Positions 60,401 through 64,000 of a stretch of 64,000 bases of DNA are shown here, piece after piece. The number at the start of each line of letters is the position of its first letter. Position 1 is the first letter of the stretch. The position numbers and the translations under genes were made by a program. This stretch comes from Chara braunii. Lineage: Eukaryota > Plantae > Charophyceae. A model generated the notes under the pieces. It searched no databases. It was given only the letters and a program-made list of their open reading frames with translations, and was not told the origin of the DNA. The DNA is taken from NCBI GenBank assembly GCA_003427395.1, contig BFEA01000024.1, positions 4,788,502 through 4,852,501 of the forward strand, read 5' to 3'.

Positions 60401-63330
60401 TATTCCTTTGACAAAGGCCCCTTGATCCATTCCCACTAGATCCGGTAGGACCTCTACAAGTTTGATTGCTAGTGCCTTCACCAATATTTTGTAAGCCACA
60501 TTGAGAACCGAGATTGATCTGTAATTTCTCACATCCCCTTTTTTATGTAATAATAATATCACTCATACTAACCACCATTTGGAAAGATGACAAGAGGAAA
60601 TAGTACTATTTAAAATTTGGTACAAAACGGGGCAGCTTTATGTATTTCATCCTTTGAAAATGGGTCACCTATGTGCTCTCTGGCAGTTGTTGGGACGTAT
60701 GCTCTCAGTCTATTTAAAAATTTAGAATCCTTCGAGAGGTATGTGTCTGTGGAATCAAAGGGCCTCCTCGTTGAGACTCTATTTCTAAAATAGTATAGTG
60801 CATATCTACAAATATTTTATGTGCTTGTGGCTAACTGGGTCTTTAAATTAAACAGATGATCCAAATCCCTCAGGGGGTGTTTCGCCTGCCTTAAGATCAG
60901 GGACCGAAAGGTAATCTTGGACATTATGTCATAACCCACCAAACCTTTGAGTTTCGGTCAGTCTAACGACTCTTGCTGAGTTTGAACTTCCAAAGGTACT
61001 GATTAAGTGAGTCCGGTTTTGCGTTCCTCAGACCAAAAAAGATGTGAGAAGATATCCTTGCCCATATTCCTTTCAGCCTCTTGAATAGCCTGTTCGACAT
61101 GCTTCCCTTTCCAATTCTTGTTTGTTGCTTTCATGCGGGAAAAGTTCTTTAACGCTACGGTAATGATCCTTAGGCCTGTTTTTACCCACTCATGGTATTG
61201 CACGAACAAATATTTACCTTGCATCCACAAGGTCATTTGTTTTTTCACCCAGTTTGAGATGCCTTTATCTTTCAAAATGTTCACATTCAATCTAAACATA
61301 GGGTGGATCTTTCAAATTGGTCCTTGGTCAGGATGTTTATGTAGACCGGATAGTGGTCAGACATGTAGTCCATCATATTGTAGTTGCACTATGTACACCA
61401 ATCCCATACTATACCCCATGCTAGGATAAAGTCCAACCTTTTCCTGGGCCCGCGAGTCATATGGGCTGGTCTGGGGCCATACCATATGTAGCTTTGGGAG
61501 TCCGAGTTCACTATCTTAAAGATATCTTCTAGGCATTGAAGTTTTAGGAATGACGAGATCATTGAAGTGTCTGATGGAAGCGGTGTTGGATCCGGGGAGT
61601 CCAGACCTGGGTTAAACACAACGTTTCAGTCCCCGACCAGAATGATGTTCTCTATGTCCGTGAGGGCTGTCGGTAGGATCACAATAAATTAGCGTAATTT
61701 ACGTAGTCCACTGGAGCATACACGGAGTCCTCATTCCCCACGATTATTTTTACTCAGACCCATCTCCCCCTTGGGTCACTAAACTAGTCCAGCACTTCGA
61801 CCTCCAGATCCTTATTAATCAAGACCGCCACGCCCCCCTTTGAGCTACCTGTCGGCGCCCAAATCTGAGGCTTTGGCCACCAGTTACGGATTTGGTTGAT
61901 CTTTTTCGTTTTCAATTTTGTTTCTTGGATGCATAAAACATAAACATCCTCGTTGAGTACCCAAGATGTTAATCTATGTTTTTTTTTTCTTCTATGGGTT
62001 GTATCTCCCAAGCCCCTTACATTCCAACTTGCGACCCTAATCTTATTTAACAGGACCATTAGCATGACCGCTACCACCGTATATTTGGATGGGGGTTGGA
62101 GATGCATTTTGAGGGAGAGAGGATATTTCTTTCACAAGGACGTTAACACATAGTTCATGAGTAAAAACATTTCCTCCGATGATGTTTTGAGCTTCTGCCA
62201 GGACCAGTCAGTCGACCACATCCTTGGCTGATAAATTTGAGCCCACTCGGATTCCTTAACTGGTCTCATCCAGGAATAAGGAATGGGGTATAGGGACAAC
62301 CATTATATTAGCAACTGATCCCACTGTTCCCGTAAGCCTAACATTAAGATTAAGTGTAGAAAGGCAATGTATATAATAGCCTTGCCATTGGAGCTCATGT
62401 CCACTATATGCCTACCCATTTGAGCAAGAGTAGGATAGAGACAGTTTCAGAGTCCATAAGCACTGGGGAGCGGATCAGGTTCGCTGCATGTGGTTCTTAT
62501 GGGGGCCCTTTGATGGATAAAGATGGTAGTTCCAATGTCCCGTCTGACCCAGTTCTGACCAGCAGGACCGTACCAGACTGAGTCATCGAGCAGGCTACTG
62601 GGATAAAAAGTTCCACTGATTTCTTTCCCAACTTATCTTTACCGGACAAGGTCCGTATTGCAGGATTGAGGCTCATTACCTTTTTCACGGGCATGGGTGC
62701 AGTAGGGCGTACCTTCCGTTCGGGAGACCTAGAGCATACGTTCGTCATGACCTTATTAATGTGTTTGCTTGGAACAACTTGCCAATTATTTGTTAGAATT
62801 TTCTTTGTCGGGAGACCTTCTCCCCGGGCCGTCTCTCAGTCTTTCTTCTGCCCTATCTTCTCCTTGAACAGTAGGATGGAAACCTCTAATACCTCCACGG
62901 ATTTCACTCTCCTCTTCCTTTCGCCGTACCTCTTCCTGAGGGGTGAAGCGCACTGGTTAGGGTAGGAGCGTTGATGTAAGGGGTTGACCTGTCTGCTGGT
63001 TAGGCTGATATAACCTCATAGTTACACTATCGTTTTGTCAGTCAGACCCCTCAAAGGGGCATCGGGAGATAATTGTCCTTCCCTTTCACCCGCTCCATCC
63101 CTACCTCCTCTTTCTCGTGCTCCTTCATATTCTCCTTTACCTTCTCATTTTCCTTCTCCTTCTCATTCGTCCGTTCTTTCTATCTGATCAGAGCATTTTT
63201 ATATTCGCTCTTCTTAAATGCATGTTCCGCCTGTCACATATTTGTTGGGTAGGAGGAGTCCTCCTCTGAGTGAAAATACTTCCTGCATTTCCTACACCAA
63301 GAGGAGTCCGCAAAGACCACTTCTATCTTC
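57500..63330 (-). mobile_element. Decayed L1/Tx1-type LINE (ORF1 remnant, APE endonuclease, RT, poly-A tail)
   Basis: APE 'ASWNVRGL..LCIQETK..GGVAVL', 'ILVGD*N', 'SDHYP'; RT 'NYRSISVLNVAYKIL..QGAFVKG..LLDMEKTYD', 'LADD', 'RFLGV'; AATAAA and poly(A) at 57500-57530 (-); CxxC knuckle remnant at about 63290. Confidence 0.92.
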
Positions 63331-64000
63331 AACAGAAAAACAATCGGCAAGATTGACACGTTTATAATTTGACACAATCGTTGATTTATAGGGAACATGA
63401 TTTTATGTGATTACAAACATATTAAATTATGTTTAAAAACATAGGGGAAAATATTTAAATGTTTATCAATATGTTTCAACATGTTTCAACAACTTGTCTT
63501 ATTTGGTTTCTATTGTGTAAGCATTGTTCAACCGCATTTAAAAAAAAATAAAGAATATATTATTTTGTTTTCCTATTATAAAAACAATATATGTAACTTT
63601 TGATTTGGTGGTGGTGGGGGGGGGATCATGAGGTGAGAAACACACAAAATGTTTATTTTTAATTCGTGGAAGTATAGCAACATCAAAACAGGTTTAGGGT
63701 AAGAGGTTTTGTGTATGTTCATTTTTTTGACCGGTCGCTACCCTTGCTCTTTGTTGTCGTTGACCAACATTTCTTCACCATGGAAATAAATATTTGCAGT
63801 GACATTATATCAAGCCTCCTCTCCTTTAGCTCCTGTCCTCTCTAAGCGTATAGATATTTACATATCCCCCTCCCCCTCCATTATTTTTATTTTCCAACAA
63901 TCACACTGACTTCAACAATGCTCTTGTAGTCAGTAGGTGCCTAACACTTTTGGCCTAACCACATTCCTTCGGCTTAAACAATAGGCACCTACCGACATCA

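Overview
A eukaryotic, repeat-only window with no intact host gene and six N-gaps. A plant-type U6 5' stem and plant/green-algal retroelement types suggest a streptophyte such as a charophyte alga (inference). Recognisable mobile DNA: a degenerate PAT/kangaroo-type DIRS retrotransposon (pol-RNaseH-methylase on -, tyrosine recombinase on +, split direct repeats) at about 385-6100; a related remnant at about 13-17.6 kb; a 1.9-kb TIR element (17650-19576); a gag-only element (about 43-49 kb); and a decayed L1/Tx1-type LINE (57500-63330, -). The most unusual part is 20.9-40.5 kb: four head-to-tail, diverged copies of a 3-6 kb element with no convincing ORF. The copies carry decayed fragments of LSU and SSU rRNA, U6 snRNA and tRNA-type Pol III boxes. 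Three copies also contain a conserved, covarying ~290-nt structured block followed by an array of 8-10 regularly spaced stem-loops (27 in total). Each stem-loop has a CATT-[12-nt loop]-AATG core, a 1-nt bulge and a stem of variable sequence that stays paired. Loops are homogenised within an array, while stems and spacers are conserved by position between arrays. This looks like a multivalent structured RNA or ssDNA scaffold, not CRISPR. A Nextera mate-pair adapter at 51542-51579 is an assembly artefact. All alignments were made by eye and boundaries are approximate.
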